This document shows, piece by piece, positions 23,621 to 34,900 of a stretch of DNA of 64,000 nucleotides. The stretch is from Vicugna vicugna. Lineage: Eukaryota. The stretch's first letter is position 1, and every line of letters starts with the position of its first letter. The translations under genes and the position numbers were made by a program. The notes below the pieces were generated by a model. It saw only the letters and a list, made by a program, of their open reading frames with translations, was not told the DNA's origin and searched no databases. The stretch is from contig MU061464.1 in assembly GCA_013265495.1 (NCBI GenBank), forward strand, positions 310,001 to 374,000, written 5' to 3'.

Positions 23621-23645
23621 TCCACACATTACTAGGGTGTGAAAA
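23594..23645 (+). terminator. Polyadenylation signal AATAAA with downstream GT-rich sequence
   Basis: AATAAA 23594-23599; gggtgtg about 35 nt downstream. Confidence 0.4.
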
Positions 23646-24562
23646 TCAGTTGACCTGTTGCAAATACATGTTTATAGTTCACACTTCACAGAAGCTTGGC
23701 CAGGCGATGAAGTGTCATGATGCAGTGAGGGAGAACGTTCCAGGTTGTGTTAAAAGTGAGATTCTTCTGAGCGAAAGGTGTGCAGCACAGGGTAGTAACT
23801 CCACGGCCAAAATGCACCCACTCACTTCTCTTCAGTTATAGAGGAGGAGCAGACCCAGGGGGAGTTTGAGCTCCAATAACTGCTGCTTTGAGAGAAGGGA
23901 CTTGGCAGGCATGCGCTCCACCCCTAACACAGCGACCACGGCTCCTCCCCACAGAGGCCGCCCTGGGAACTCGGGGAGGCGGAGCACGTGCGGGTCCTGT
24001 GCACGTGTGACCCGCTCTGGCCAGGTGGGTGAGTCGGTGTGTGTGTGTGTGGAAGCACTGAGCTGAGGGACCTCGGAGCTCAGGCCTGCGGCCGTGCTGG
24101 CCTGTGTTTCTGGCGTGTGGCTGGTGCCCAGCGTCTCGCTGCAGGCTGCCGCTCTCCGTGCTCTCCTTCTCGACTTGCTCAGGACCAGAACTGTGCCCAC
24201 AGGGAGCCTGGGCTCGCTCTGCAGGCAGATTTTCTTGAAAAGGTGATGTGCTTCCCCTTTCTACGTGTTTTGCCACGGGAAACGACATGCTGGCTCCCTG
24301 AAGACGGCTAATAGCCCTCTGTGGGTAAATGCCAGTCAAGCCGGCCAGTTGGCTCTGAGGACATCTTCCTTGAAAGCCATGGCCCGAGTTCTGCCGAGGC
24401 CAGGAGGGGAGTGTGAGTGCCAGAGCCCTTCACAGAAAAGCCTGGTGCGTGTGCTGCCCTGGAAGTGAGGCTGGAGACAGGGGCGCTACTGCGAAGGCTG
24501 CTGGGACAGAGAGGCAGTCTCTTAGGTAACCGATAGCTTGTCATCTTTCTGTTTGTTTGCAG

Positions 24563-24635
24563 AAATCCTGCTGTAATAATGGCCAAGAATCCTTACACAG
24601 AAAAATTGTGTGGCAGACACTTTTTAATCAACAGA
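24563..24635 (+). other. Candidate 73-nt cassette exon with a strong-Kozak ATG
   Basis: Acceptor ctttctgtttgtttgcAG, donor AGA|GTAAGG; ataATGG at 24579 reads MAKNPYTEKLCGRHFLINR in frame to the donor. Confidence 0.25.
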
Positions 24636-26419
24636 GTAAGGTCACTCTCTTTTAAAATGAGGGAAGATGCGCAACAGCATTTTGGGATATGAGTTTATTG
24701 TCTCCTCCTCCACACCCGTTAGTCTTCAGGAAAGGTGTCTCTCGATACTTGATTTGGAGCCTCCGAAAGTGCTTTTCATCCATGGACTGCTGTACTTAGG
24801 GAGTGGAGACTTGCAAAATGAACCTCCAGTGTTTTTCCTAAATCAGTTTTATTTTTTGTGGTGTCATTTGTGCCATTCTGGGAGCATTTTTTTTCTCTTT
24901 TTATGAGGTTGTGATTTTAATATTTTTCTCTGCTTGACAGTGGTCAGGAAGAAACACTTTTCCATGAAATACAGAAGGGGCGGGGGACTAGCTGAGCTGT
25001 GGGAATCACGACGCGGTGCTTAGGCCTTGCAATTGTCAGGATATATGGATGTCGGGGCGGGTGCAACCTAAATGGCGGTGTATTAGCCAAACTACGAACG
25101 TTGAGATCCATACAGGTTAGTTACAGCATGTTTCCTTTGCTTTTTCTGAAGAATTTCATTTTTCTTTAGAAGTTTTCCTTCTGAGCTGTTGGATATTTAA
25201 TGAGTAACAGGAATGAAAGCATGGATTCCAAGAGATATTTTAAAACAGAATTGTATCCAAAACATTGTAATTATTGACAGTTCTTTTTCTCCCCTAAATC
25301 AGAGACAGGAGAGAAGTTTGAGTTTAATGCCCTCCTCCCTCCCTCCCACCAGGCACTTTATGGGGAAGAAACGGCAGTGCTTCTGGAAGAAGTCTGTAAG
25401 AGGAAATGAGGAGTCGACAGGTCCAGGGCAGGCAGGGGCCCGGGGAAGGAAAAAGGTGGCAACAGAGGCAGAGCCGGACCTAAAAGGACGCTAAGACCCC
25501 TCCCCAGGAGGTCTCTGGTACTGAGCCCTGAGGGACGGGAGTGAGTCCCTGCCCTGGTCCAGCCCAGTCCCTGCTGTCCTCTGGAACTGCCCTCGCCCCT
25601 CTCCTGCACGCTCTGCAGCTCCAGAGTCTGCACTGCTGAGTGAGGTGGTGGGACGGGCGAGTGCGATGCAGCTCATCTGGAGACAGGACAGAAGCGCCAG
25701 CTTCCTCCTGACACACAGCACTGTGTGGGTTTAGGATGCAGAGTGTTACTCTCTCCCCAAGTGCCTGGGCCCTCACCCTCGCCAAGGTCTTAATCACTTA
25801 ATGCATGCTTTGTTTCTTGGCTTGTCGGGAAGCTAACAGCAGTGTGCTGCTGACAGGTGAGTGTGAACGAAGCACTAAAGCAGAAGGAAATGGAAAGTGA
25901 GAGATTTCAGGTTTCACTGGAAGCAGAGGCTGTGCATTTTTGTGTGTGTGCAGTTTTTGTCTGTTTGCTTTTTCCCTTCTTTTTGAAAAGATCCTGTTAG
26001 AGAAAAAGAATTCAGGGAACAAACACTAGTCAGCTGATTAAGAACTGAGCTGGACAGACTTTGTCCCTCGGCACGTGAGTGGCTGTCCTGGTACCTTCTG
26101 AACTTTTGCCACCGAGTAATTCTGAGAAGGCTGCTGGAGCCAGCAGCGGACAGTGGGGAAGAGCACAGCATCCTCTGACTGAGCAGTCCAGCTGCGCAGG
26201 ATTCAGGTGGGTCGGGAGCCTCGCTAGTTCAGCAGAGTGATAGCGTGGGGCCTGCAGGCTCGTCTGGAGGCGAAGGGATGGCTCACAGACGGCCGCCGGG
26301 CTTGGCTTTTCTCAGAGAAGTCACTCTTGTCTTGAGAATTAGTGGAGTGTTGAGGAAATGGCCCAGGTTTTATGCTCAGGAAAGACCTCTTCTTCAGTTC
26401 TCCATCTGACCACTTTCTA

Positions 26420-26520
26420 GCTGAGACATCAGGACAGTTACTTAACTTTTCTGACCCTGTTTCCTCAGTTGGGAATATGAGAATAGGACTGTTTGCAGGT
26501 CTGTTGGGAAATGTAAAGAC
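26420..26520 (+). mobile_element. MIR SINE
   Basis: ggacagttacttaactttt...ccctgtttcctcagttgggaatatgagaata. Confidence 0.6.
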
Positions 26521-27229
26521 TAAGAGGAGGTTAAAATGAGATGCTAACGCTGAGCCAGAGCTTAATGTCCATCAGTTTTTTTCTACTTCAGTCAAAATTT
26601 ATCTTTCTATGTAGAAGAAGCTTGCTTTATGGTCTAGTCTCCATGTTGAGTTTTGAAACAGGAATAACTCTTTCAGGCATCACCTTGATGATAAAAGGAG
26701 CCACTTATCAGAGGCAGTCCTGTGTGAGTGTTGTAACCCGACAGACTCGTGGGCAGGGGCCGGCAGGGTGCAGATGAAGCTGTCCACACCTGGAAGCCCA
26801 GAAACTCGCTGCAAAGGCAGCGTGAGCAAACTCCTAGAGCAGGCATGCTCTGCACGTGGCAGATTCTGAAACCATCTGTCACTGCCTTTTAAACGCTGCC
26901 CTAAGGTTCACCTAAGTTCTGTATAAACCCAGAACTTTGGAACTGCTGTGTGATTCTTAGAGGCACAGAGGAGTAACTGCTTTCTGGAAGAAGGCAGTAT
27001 GCCGTCGTCTTTGGGGTGGAGTTGGTATGTAGAAATCTTAGGGCTCTGTGTGGGCAAGCATCCCAGCAGAGACATCCTAGGAGCCCAGAACAGTTCTTTC
27101 GTTTTTCTTTTTCTTTTTCTTTTTTTTTTTTTTGGTGGCAGTTCGCGGCCACTGTGTGCACGCTCTCCCTTTGAGTCACCCAGGCGCGAGACAAGTCATT
27201 TCCCATCCCGAAGCTCTCGGCTGCTGAGC

Positions 27230-27411
27230 GGTAGTGGGTAACTGGGATGTGGCTCTTAACTTTAAATTTTTGCACAAATCCAGCTTCCTCTCCCCTGGAA
27301 AGGCGCGATCTTGTCTTTATACCCTCCCTCAGCCTTTTTTTGCTTCCCCCGAGGGCAGGAAGAAGACGAAAGGAGGAAAACCGCGGCAGGCGGAGGCGTG
27401 TGGCTGACTAG
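27230..27411 (+). other. Candidate alternative non-coding first exon A (start approximate)
   Basis: Donor TAG|GTAGGC (GT 27412) at the 5' edge of the island. Confidence 0.35.
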
Positions 27412-27522
27412 GTAGGCGCGGGGCGGGGAGGGCCCGGGCGGGGGCTGGGAGCGGAAGGGCCGCCCGTGCGCGCGGGCGAGGCCGCCGGCAGGGGGAGGCC
27501 GGGCCCGGCTGCCGCCTCGCGG

Positions 27523-27547
27523 NNNNNNNNNNNNNNNNNNNNNNNNN
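27523..27547. other. Assembly gap (25 N)
   Basis: Run of N in the most GC-rich part of CGI-2. Confidence 1.
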
Positions 27548-27559
27548 CGCGCGCCTCTC

Positions 27560-27768
27560 CGCCCGGCCAGCGCCAGCGCGCGGGTGGCTCTCGCTCTCTC
27601 TCTTGCTGTTGTTTCAAACAGGAAGTGCACGGCTGCCCGTGACGCGCCGCCGGCCCGCGATGGAGGAGTGAAGCCCGCGCGACGCCGCTTCCAGCCCGCG
27701 GAGCCCGCCGGAAGCCAGTCCCCGGAGAGGAGCGCGCCCCGAGCGAGCGCGGTGGCCGCCTGGTCCAG
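27560..27768 (+). other. RREB1: Non-coding first exon (5'UTR) of a long-intron gene, tentatively RREB1
   Basis: Donor CAG|GTGCGG (GT 27769). The blocks AAACAGGAAGTGCACGGCTG...ATGGAGGAGTGAAG...GGTGGCCGC.TGGTCCAG resemble my recollection of the human RREB1 exon 1. No coding exon is in the window, so the symbol rests on memory only. Confidence 0.45.
27660..27671 (+). CDS. Minimal uORF Met-Glu-Glu-stop
   Basis: gcgATGGAGGAGTGA with G at -3 and G at +4, inside the first exon. Confidence 0.5.
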   Translation: MEE

Positions 27769-27949
27769 GTGCGGGGCGGGCGCCGGGCGGGCGCGCTGCA
27801 GCAGCCCGGCTCGCGTGCGCTTCCTTGCTCGCGCCGCGCTCGCTGCGTTCTCCCCCGGGGGGTGTCTCCAGGCCGGGCGCGTCGGCCCCGGGCCGCGAGG
27901 CTCAGCGAGGCGCCCGCGGGACCTGCCCGGCTTCGCACTCGCCCCGGGC

Positions 27950-28062
27950 GGGAGGCTGCCCGAGTCCGCAGCCGCCCTCTCCAGCCGCTGCTCTCCTCCT
28001 GCTGCCGCCGAAGTCACGGCTCTTTGTTCCTTTGTTCGCCAGGCCAGGGGTTATCTGCATAA
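27950..28062 (+). other. Candidate alternative non-coding first exon C (start approximate)
   Basis: Donor TAA|GTGGGT (GT 28063) at the 3' edge of the island. Confidence 0.25.
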
Positions 28063-29769
28063 GTGGGTGGCTTGGGTGTTACTGAGGGTGAGAGGAGTGG
28101 GGACCTGGCGGAGAGAGGATGCGCTGAGGGTGAAGTGTGAGGGAAGGGGAGCGAGAGCCTTGGTGTCTAGGCTCAGAGCTCCCACCTCCTCAGCCGCTGG
28201 AGCAGGGATCCCCGCTCTTGGCTTTCTGTTCTGGGGGAGCTGGGCCGTCGGAACTGGGGGAATTGGCGATGCAGACACACACCGGAAAGGCAGTGACCGG
28301 GAATAGGGGCAGCTGATTCGGACATGTTTAGTCTGGAGTCTGGCTTGTTACCTTCAGTCGCGGTTTCTTAGCCAGACTCCCTTGCTGAGACAGAGGTTCT
28401 TTTAAAGGTAGGAGCCTGACAGCTTTATTCATTTAATGCCCGTTTCCATCAGAGTAAAATTGAGAACGACTTTTCTCAAATTCACTAGGGAGATGATGAC
28501 TTCACAAGCTTATCTTGCTCTATCTCAAAAGTTTATAGGTGGCGAGCAGAATGCTAGAGGCAGAGGCTGGTTTTATGCACAGACTTTCTACTTGTTCGTT
28601 TCCCTAGCACCTCCTCTCTCTGCAGACTAAATCAGATGGACGTCCCCCCAGTGAAAGCCTGGCCTTGTTTCTCCACCTCCGTTTGTCCAGCTGGTGGAGG
28701 GACACTAGGGGAGGTATGACCGTAAAGGAGAATCAGTTTGTTGGAAAGATTGTAGCCTCAAAGTAAATGTTTGAATGATGTTCAAGCTGGTAGCAACTTC
28801 TTTCCTTTTCTTTTGGAGGAAGGGATCTGAGCATATGACCTGAGGGGAGGGAAGTGAGATTCTGCGAAGAAGGGTCTCCTTCTGGAGCAGGGAGGGGACG
28901 TGCTCCATCACTGTACTGTGCGCACTTAGCCCCTCACCTTGTTGGTGCCCAGAGTCCCTCCAGAAGCAGGGTTAGTTGTAGAATTTAAACTCATGGTGTT
29001 GTACGCTGACTATACCACTCTAATGCTGAAGGTTTTATTATAAAACAGTTACTACATCATTAATTTTGCTTTGAAAGGAAAATCCTTTGTAGGTACTCAG
29101 CCTGGTAAACTTGTACTGCCTCCTCCCTGCCTTCTTTCTCCTGTTGGCAGCATGGAGGTAATTTGAATGATAAGATCCCAGTATTTCAGGAGTCCTTCAG
29201 AACTTTAATCTCCCCTAAAATACAGCAGCTTTGAGCATTGTGATAATATTAGTAACTGGCACAATTGCATTCACCTTAAGTAGGCAAGATACACCATGAG
29301 CACCGAGCAGTGAGCTTCATCTTTTCCTAGATAAGTAGATGTGGACTTCTTAAATTTGAGTTTAATTGTGAGATGTCTGTGTTTATACCTCTTCTTGCCA
29401 AATGCATCATGGGATTAAAAGTGGAAACAAGCCATTAAGAGAGACTCTTGGAAGGCCTGTGCAGCCGTAGTGTTTTGCCTGTATTTTTATGCCCAGGTGT
29501 GCTCCTGGCCCCCTGGTTCACTAATTTACTTGAGGACTCTCATCAGCAACTGTCACTGTTTCAGGATGAAACAGAACAGCCTTTGTGACCTCCCAAACTT
29601 GTCCCCTGTTTAGGAACAGGATTTACTCCCACCCTAGCAGAATTTGACAATAATTACTTAATAACCCAGGAATAATGGTAACTGGCCTTTGGATCTTCAT
29701 TTTCTGCTTACAGAACACATCTTCTGTATCTCATTTATAATTTATTACTCCTTTTAACAGCCTGGTAAA

Positions 29770-29845
29770 ATAGGATTCATTTGTTCCATTTTATGGAGGG
29801 GAAACTGAGTCTGATAAAATGTGACTTGTCAGCGGTCACGTTAGT
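29770..29845 (-). mobile_element. MIR fragment
   Basis: ccattttatggaggggaaactgagtctga...gtgacttgtcagcggtcac. Confidence 0.65.
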
Positions 29846-31984
29846 AAATGGACATGCTGGGACGTGAACAAGAGTCTTACGATGTAGGCGCGTGGCTCTC
29901 GTGACCTGGAAAGCGCTGCTTGCGGAAGAGATGGCGGTGCTGACGCGGGCGGTCTTCGCCGTTGCAGAAGAGAGCTGACCCGTGCTGATCGAGACGGCCT
30001 TTACCTGACGCTCCGGTCTTTTCCCATTCGTCTCTACCCAGAGCTCCAGGGGTTTTGTTGTTTTGTTTTTTTCCATGTTTGAAATTCACACTTACTCTGT
30101 GTTCGTGGCTACGGGTAGCTGTGTTGGCGTCATTGTGATTTGTCTCCTGCTGCCAAAATCCTGATGGCGTATTTTAATTTACAGATGTCTGATGTCAGAT
30201 CTTAGGGAACGGTATCTTTTTGAAGGGTCAGATTAGCAAAGTTTAACTCTTTAGAATAAAAAACAACACTTCTGGTTACTCCAGGACAGTTTACATGCCA
30301 GAAAAGAAGTAAGTTAACAAATTAATAAATGACGTGTATGACTCTCCCCACATACTGCACGACCACCATACCTAGCCCCCAGCCTCCCCACCCCAGTTCA
30401 GGATAACTTACTGAAAAGCTCGTATTATGGAAAGACATGGGAAAACCCATATACATTTTGTGTATTAAATATCTTTGTGATACTCCCAGATGGAAAAAAA
30501 GTTTATTTTTCTTATTTTTGCAGTGTTTAAAGCTGAGCCTCTCTTTAGCTGAGGTTTTATGTTGCATCGAAAAGAATATAAATTAAAACTCAGAGTACAT
30601 TTTCACCAGGAGATGCTAGATAAAATATTTATTTTCTCTTCGCCGATTGGAGTATCTACAGTGATCTAAAACTTCTCCTGTGTAGAATTGTGTTCAAGCA
30701 TCAGAAGGTTGGGGGGATGGGAGGGGGGAGGAAAGAGAAATAAAATGAGTGATCTTTTCTTCCGTAAATGAGGAATGGAACGACACATGCGTATTTTCCT
30801 AACACACAGTGCATTGCCGCTGCTGTTCTGAACAGGTGCAGGGGCAAGTGAGCTAAGAATGAAAGGGTAGCTAGCTTTGATGTTAAATGCCAAGGAAACG
30901 TTTATGGTCGGGAGAGGCCGAGGAGTGGAGATAAATGTGTGCTGGGATTTTCATTTTTTTCAACCCCCCCTTCTTTTCCCTTCATGTCTATTATGAAATA
31001 AAAACTAACTTCAGTTGGAAATTGTAAACTTTAAAGCAGTGATTCTCAGCCTTTGCAGAAATCGGTGCTGCACTTTCATTTAATACTGAAAGATTTCAAA
31101 GATTTTTTTTTTTGACTTTTTAGAGTTTCACTTCTTAACTTCTGATGATTGCTCATATTGAGTGTCGCGGTTACTGTTTAAGATTACTCCGCTGCACGTG
31201 CCCCGGAAACAAGGACCACAGCATCTTCCCGTGTTTGTAAGTAGTAGGACGTGTGTGTGTGGCGCAGGGTTCCGCCTGCAGCTCTCTGCCAGGGTCCCGA
31301 AGTCCACAGGCTGGGACTCAGGCCCAAAGAGAAGCAGCTGCTCCAGGCGAAGATGCAGGGGTGGTGGCGCGGAGGGACACCAGCCACCAGGCTACAAAGG
31401 CTGCCGGCTGGAATGCTTCCTCCGCGTTGTGTGTTAAGCAGTTGACGTGTGAAGTCCTGACCTTGGGTCTGAGTCTGTCTCCGGGTTCACTGTTGTCATG
31501 GTCAGCCTTCAGGCCCTGCAGTTACCTCACTCGGTCGTGGATAACCGAGCTCCTCTAAGAGCGTTCTCCCTGCCGTGTGTGAGTTCCCCTTCCTGATGTT
31601 TGTGGCATCGGGACTCCGACGCCCGTCGCAGGGGCACCACGGTCATGACGGCCACCAGCCGCAGCCTCCCGTGCATTTCCCGGAGCTAAAAGAGCCTCCC
31701 CAGCCTTGACCTTGACAGTTTTCAATGAGTATACGGAAGGAGAGAGGTTACTTACCCTGCCCCGCCGAGTGGGAGAGACCGGCGGGTAAGTCCACGCTGA
31801 ATCTGTCTCTGGTTCCCCGTCTCTTGCTGTGGCTTTGGCGTTCTGTCTGAGAGGGACTGAGCTCAGCGCCAGAATCTGTCTGGGTCAGGGCGTGACGCTC
31901 CTACTTCTGGTTTAAAAAAAATCACTTCCATTTACCGAATGCTTTGCATGCATCATCTCTGACCTTCCTGGTGGTGTGCAGGGT

Positions 31985-32065
31985 GGGTAACACCCCTGTT
32001 TTATAGGTAAAGAAACCGAGGCGAGTGCAGATTGCCGCTTACCCAGGTTGCACGGACAGCCGAGG
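31985..32065 (-). mobile_element. MIR fragment
   Basis: cccctgttttataggtaaagaaaccgaggc...cccaggttgcac. Confidence 0.6.
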
Positions 32066-32399
32066 CCGGCCTCGATCCGGGTGTGTCCGTCCCCCGGCTA
32101 AACGGTTTCTGTCATTACATCTGCTGCTTTTCAGCAAAGGTTAAGTGAAAACCAGACAGGACATGCAGACTTCAGGAACAGGGACATGGAAAGGCCCACA
32201 TGTTTGTACGTGTCTTGGCTGCCGGGCGGCATGTGTGCGCTTTGTCCCCCGGGGGCACGAGTACACGGGCTCTGCTGCGGAGGGGTTCTCGGGCGCGCTG
32301 TCCGCGCGCAGTGCGGCCTCGCGCGCCCACCAGGACTGCACGGTCGGTGCTTCCGTTTCTTTTAACGAGTTTCCTGGTTTTCGCTAACCTGATAGATGG

Positions 32400-33080
32400 T
32401 TGTTCTGGCTCATAGTTGATTTCGCCCTTCTGTGATGGCAGATGAGGTGAAGCCTCTCTTCATTTCCTGGTTTAGTTTCCCTTTTCTGTGAATCAGACCT
32501 CCTGCCTTGTTCTTGGGAGCGTTCGTTCAAGGAATTCTTGTGGAACCCTTGTGTGTTCTGTAAATTACCCCTTGTTAGCTGTGGCTGCTGTGAGCCCCGT
32601 TCCCAAGTACTTCGCTCGTCTGCTACCTTTGTGTGCCTTTCATTAGCAGCAACGAAATCTTTTCTTACCCACCAGTTCTTGACATTATTGTGGTCTGTGC
32701 ATTTTGAGTCATTTAAGAACTCTTCCCCTATTCGGGGCTCACAACATAATCTCTCCTCCCATTTTTAGCTTCATGGGTTTACTCTCTTACGTCTTTAAAA
32801 CAATTTGGAGTTTAAGGTCTGAGGCGTAAATTCGTTTTTATTTTTAGAAAACTGTTCACGTTGTGAGCCAGTTTCCTCGGTACTGTTTACCGAGTGATCC
32901 CCTCCTTCGCCGCAGGTTTGCGGGGCCGCCTCCAGCACCTGGGTGCACATTTATGCAGATCTCTTTCTGCGGTCTCTGTTTTGTCCCAGTGGCTTACTTG
33001 TGCGTTCCTGGGTCATTGATTCACTTTTTAAATTACTGTGGTTTTGAAATATGCCTTATCTTGTTACACGTACATTTATA
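32400..33080 (-). mobile_element. Old L1 (L1M) ORF2/3' region fossil
   Basis: Antisense L1 pattern: tttaagaactcttcccc...atttggagttt...ccagtttcctcggtactgttta...tctgttttgtcccagtgg...aattactgtggttttgaaatatg. Confidence 0.7.
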
Positions 33081-34224
33081 TGAGTTGATCTTATTAGCAT
33101 GATTGGTACAAATTTAAAAGTTCACAAATATTCTAGGTTATTGTGAGTTGGCTTTCTTGTTCTTTTTTGCATGTGTGTTAACTCTGTACCTGCAGATTTG
33201 TTTTCTAGAAATGTGTTTACTCCTCTGGGAACAGTCCTTATTTATTTAGTAACATAATTTACTTTAGTCTTAACATTCCATTTTATTATTATTATTTTTA
33301 TCTTTAGCAATTCTGGCTCCCTTTCACGTGTGGGCTCTCTGGAGGGCAGTGGGGGTCTCACTTTGGAGCCCTCTCTTGCTCCTTCAGTGCTCTGCACGTG
33401 CCTCTGTAATGAGGGTGTGCACTCCTGGTATATGGCTCTTAAATGAATGTTTTATGAGGTGTGACGCCATCTTCCAGGGCTGAATATGCTTGAAAGCCTG
33501 TTAATTATAGATGTTCCTTTTATTATCGGGAACACATTGCCAGTTTCAGCTTGGTTTTCTCCGAGTTTACTTTGCCTCGCTCCGTTCCCAGTTCCCTGGG
33601 TCTCATTCCTCCTCAGTCTCCGATGCTTGCCACACTGGATGCTAGGTTGCTTCATTTGATAAGTGGACACTTACATGCCTTGGCAGAATACAGTGTACTT
33701 TTTCCTTAGTGTGTGGGATGATGGCATGTTGTGCATAACATGGCTTATTATACATAAATTATTGCAGGGGACAAATTTTGGCCACAAAATAGATACTGCA
33801 TGACGTGGTTCCTCTGGGCCCTCGGTGCTAGGGTTATATGGGCGATGGGCTCTGTTTATTTGTTTTTCTTCTGTCTGCAGTTCTCCAGGAGCTTTATGGA
33901 TGTAGGAGAGGGCTGCAGGCTAACTACTGACATTTACTGAGCTTGCACAGAGCCTGATAAAGTGATAATGCAGAATGTTCTACAGTCCACAACTTGCCTC
34001 TCAACCAGTGCCCTTGAGCTGTGGGACTTGTTCTCCTGTTAAGCAGGAGCTGTTAGATACTCACCTGGGTTTGCCGGTCACAGCCCCAGGCCTGACGGAA
34101 CGTGCGTCCTCAGGAGAGGACCTGATCGGTGCCATGTTTTCCGTCCTTCATTCTGGCTCCTCTGTGCTCACCTCACCGGCTGTCAGGTCCGCCTGTCTCA
34201 CCAGCCTCCCCTCTCACTCAGTTA

Positions 34225-34900
34225 TTCTGACGTAATTGACAGCCACGCTGCCTCATTCACTCAACAGCCATTCCCTGAGCTCCGGACTGTTAAGTCTTAG
34301 TTCCCTGATCTCCGCCCTCCTGCCTGCAGTCCCAGTGCTCAAATCCTGAAGACACTGTGTGAGTGTGACACAGTGCCTGCCCTCAGAAGACAGGCACGTA
34401 AATTATTAACTGGAATTGAGGATGGAAGTACTTTACAGCGATACATTGTAATCAGTAGTGGTGGAGAGCGGGGCACACAGGAGGGCGCGATTTGCTCTTC
34501 GGTTTTGAGGAAACAGTACACAGAGCAGGTGCTGGGTGTTTGAGGGTCAGGACTATTTACCAGGCTGAGCAGAAAGGAGAGAACAGAAGAAACAGCCCCG
34601 GTTCAGAGCGCGGAAGGGCTCAGCATGAGGAGCACCAAGGAAGAGGGACAGGAGCAGAGACTCGTGGTGCAGAGCGGGGAAGGGGCGGGAGGTGCCTCTT
34701 GGTTCAGATTCTTGCTCCAGCCCTGTCAAGGGCCAGGCATGCTATTTCTGGAAGTGTAGCCCTCTTCCTGGCAGCGTTGTGGGATCATCAAAGGTGCAAT
34801 AAGTGCTTAAATCACTGTCTTAAGTTATGCAGAAAGCAGGCGGGGAGAAGGCCAAGGGCTGCTAAAGTAATCCAGGGGAAAATAATGAGGACCCCAACGA
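34225..34900 (-). mobile_element. L2 fragments
   Basis: cattcactcaacagccattccctgagc tail, then purine-rich L2 body (aaagtaatccaggggaaaataatgagg). Confidence 0.6.

Larger units (their letters stand above)
27330..28070 (+). promoter_or_regulatory. CpG-island promoter 2
   Basis: Very high GC and CpG content, GC boxes, ETS motif CAGGAAGTG (~27619), CT-rich initiator-like tract ~27585-27605, + strand donors at 27412, 27769 and 28063. Confidence 0.9.

Noticed and set aside
27262-28306. 240-251 aa ORFs in CGI-2
   Set aside because: Same GC artefact; two of the ORFs in this island run through the N gap.
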